Position numbers and translations under genes: made by a program
Part shown: positions 63,601 to 64,000 of the stretch, piece by piece
How positions within the stretch are numbered: position 1 is the first letter of the stretch
Layout of the letters: every line of letters starts with the position of its first letter
Origin: Torpedo marmorata
Taxonomy: Eukaryota
Assembly: GCA_977017645.1 (NCBI GenBank)
Contig: OZ360237.1
Span: forward strand, 79,422,001-79,486,000
Reading direction: 5' to 3'
DNA length: 64,000 nucleotides
Notes under the pieces: model-generated
The model's input: the letters and a program-made list of their open reading frames with translations, nothing else
Told to the model about the DNA's origin: nothing
The model's database searches: none

Positions 63601-64000
63601 ATTAATATCAATAAAAAAGAAGAATTCGCCCATTTTTAAACATTTGTTAGAAATATGGAATAAGACGGATAAGGAAATAGGAGCAAAAGGATTGATTTCT
63701 TCAAAGATGCCTTTATATCAAAATTGACTTATTCCATTTACTATTAATAATCAATTATTTAAAATTTGGTTTCAAAAAGGAGTTAAGAAGATTAGTGATT
63801 GTTTTGAAGCTGGGAAATTTATTACGTTTCAAAGAATGAAAGACAAATTTAATATATTAGATAATACATTTTTGGCTTATTATCAAATTAAAGCTTTTTT
63901 GACTGAGAAATTAGGTTATGCTTTGACTTTACCAAGACAAAATGAATTAGAATTATTAGTTACTAATTGAGATGTTAATAAATTTATTTCTCAAATGTAT
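60674..64000 (+). mobile_element. L1-clade LINE from upstream of ORF2 through disrupted ORF2 (ATG 60846/60849); runs off the window
   Basis: SININGL, FLQETH, GGDFN, SDHSP (APE endonuclease) then RT; premature stops at 61953 and 63725. Confidence 0.95.

Overview
This is repeat-dominated vertebrate genomic DNA. The tRNA-derived V-SINE/HE1-like SINEs and the CR1, Rex1 and Penelope families suggest a cartilaginous fish, but that is inference. No recognisable host protein-coding gene, RNA gene or CRISPR array was found. Most of the window is mobile DNA: four AT-rich L1-clade LINE copies in two subfamilies; several Rex1/Babar LINEs with (TTCTGA)n tails; CR1-type LINE fragments; and Neptune-like Penelope elements carrying minimal hammerhead-ribozyme motifs and inverted ends. 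There is also an internally deleted Gmr1-type Gypsy provirus with an open IN-half/RNase H fusion ORF, two solo LTRs of that family, one solo LTR of a second family, Tc1/mariner and hAT MITEs, and six copies of a GC-rich non-coding retroelement with a YY1-type head and a LINE-like tail. Insertions are nested up to three deep. A chain of minus-strand splice-flanked segments in unique DNA may belong to an unidentified host transcript. Target-site duplications and termini were read by eye; family names rest on recalled motifs, not on database searches.
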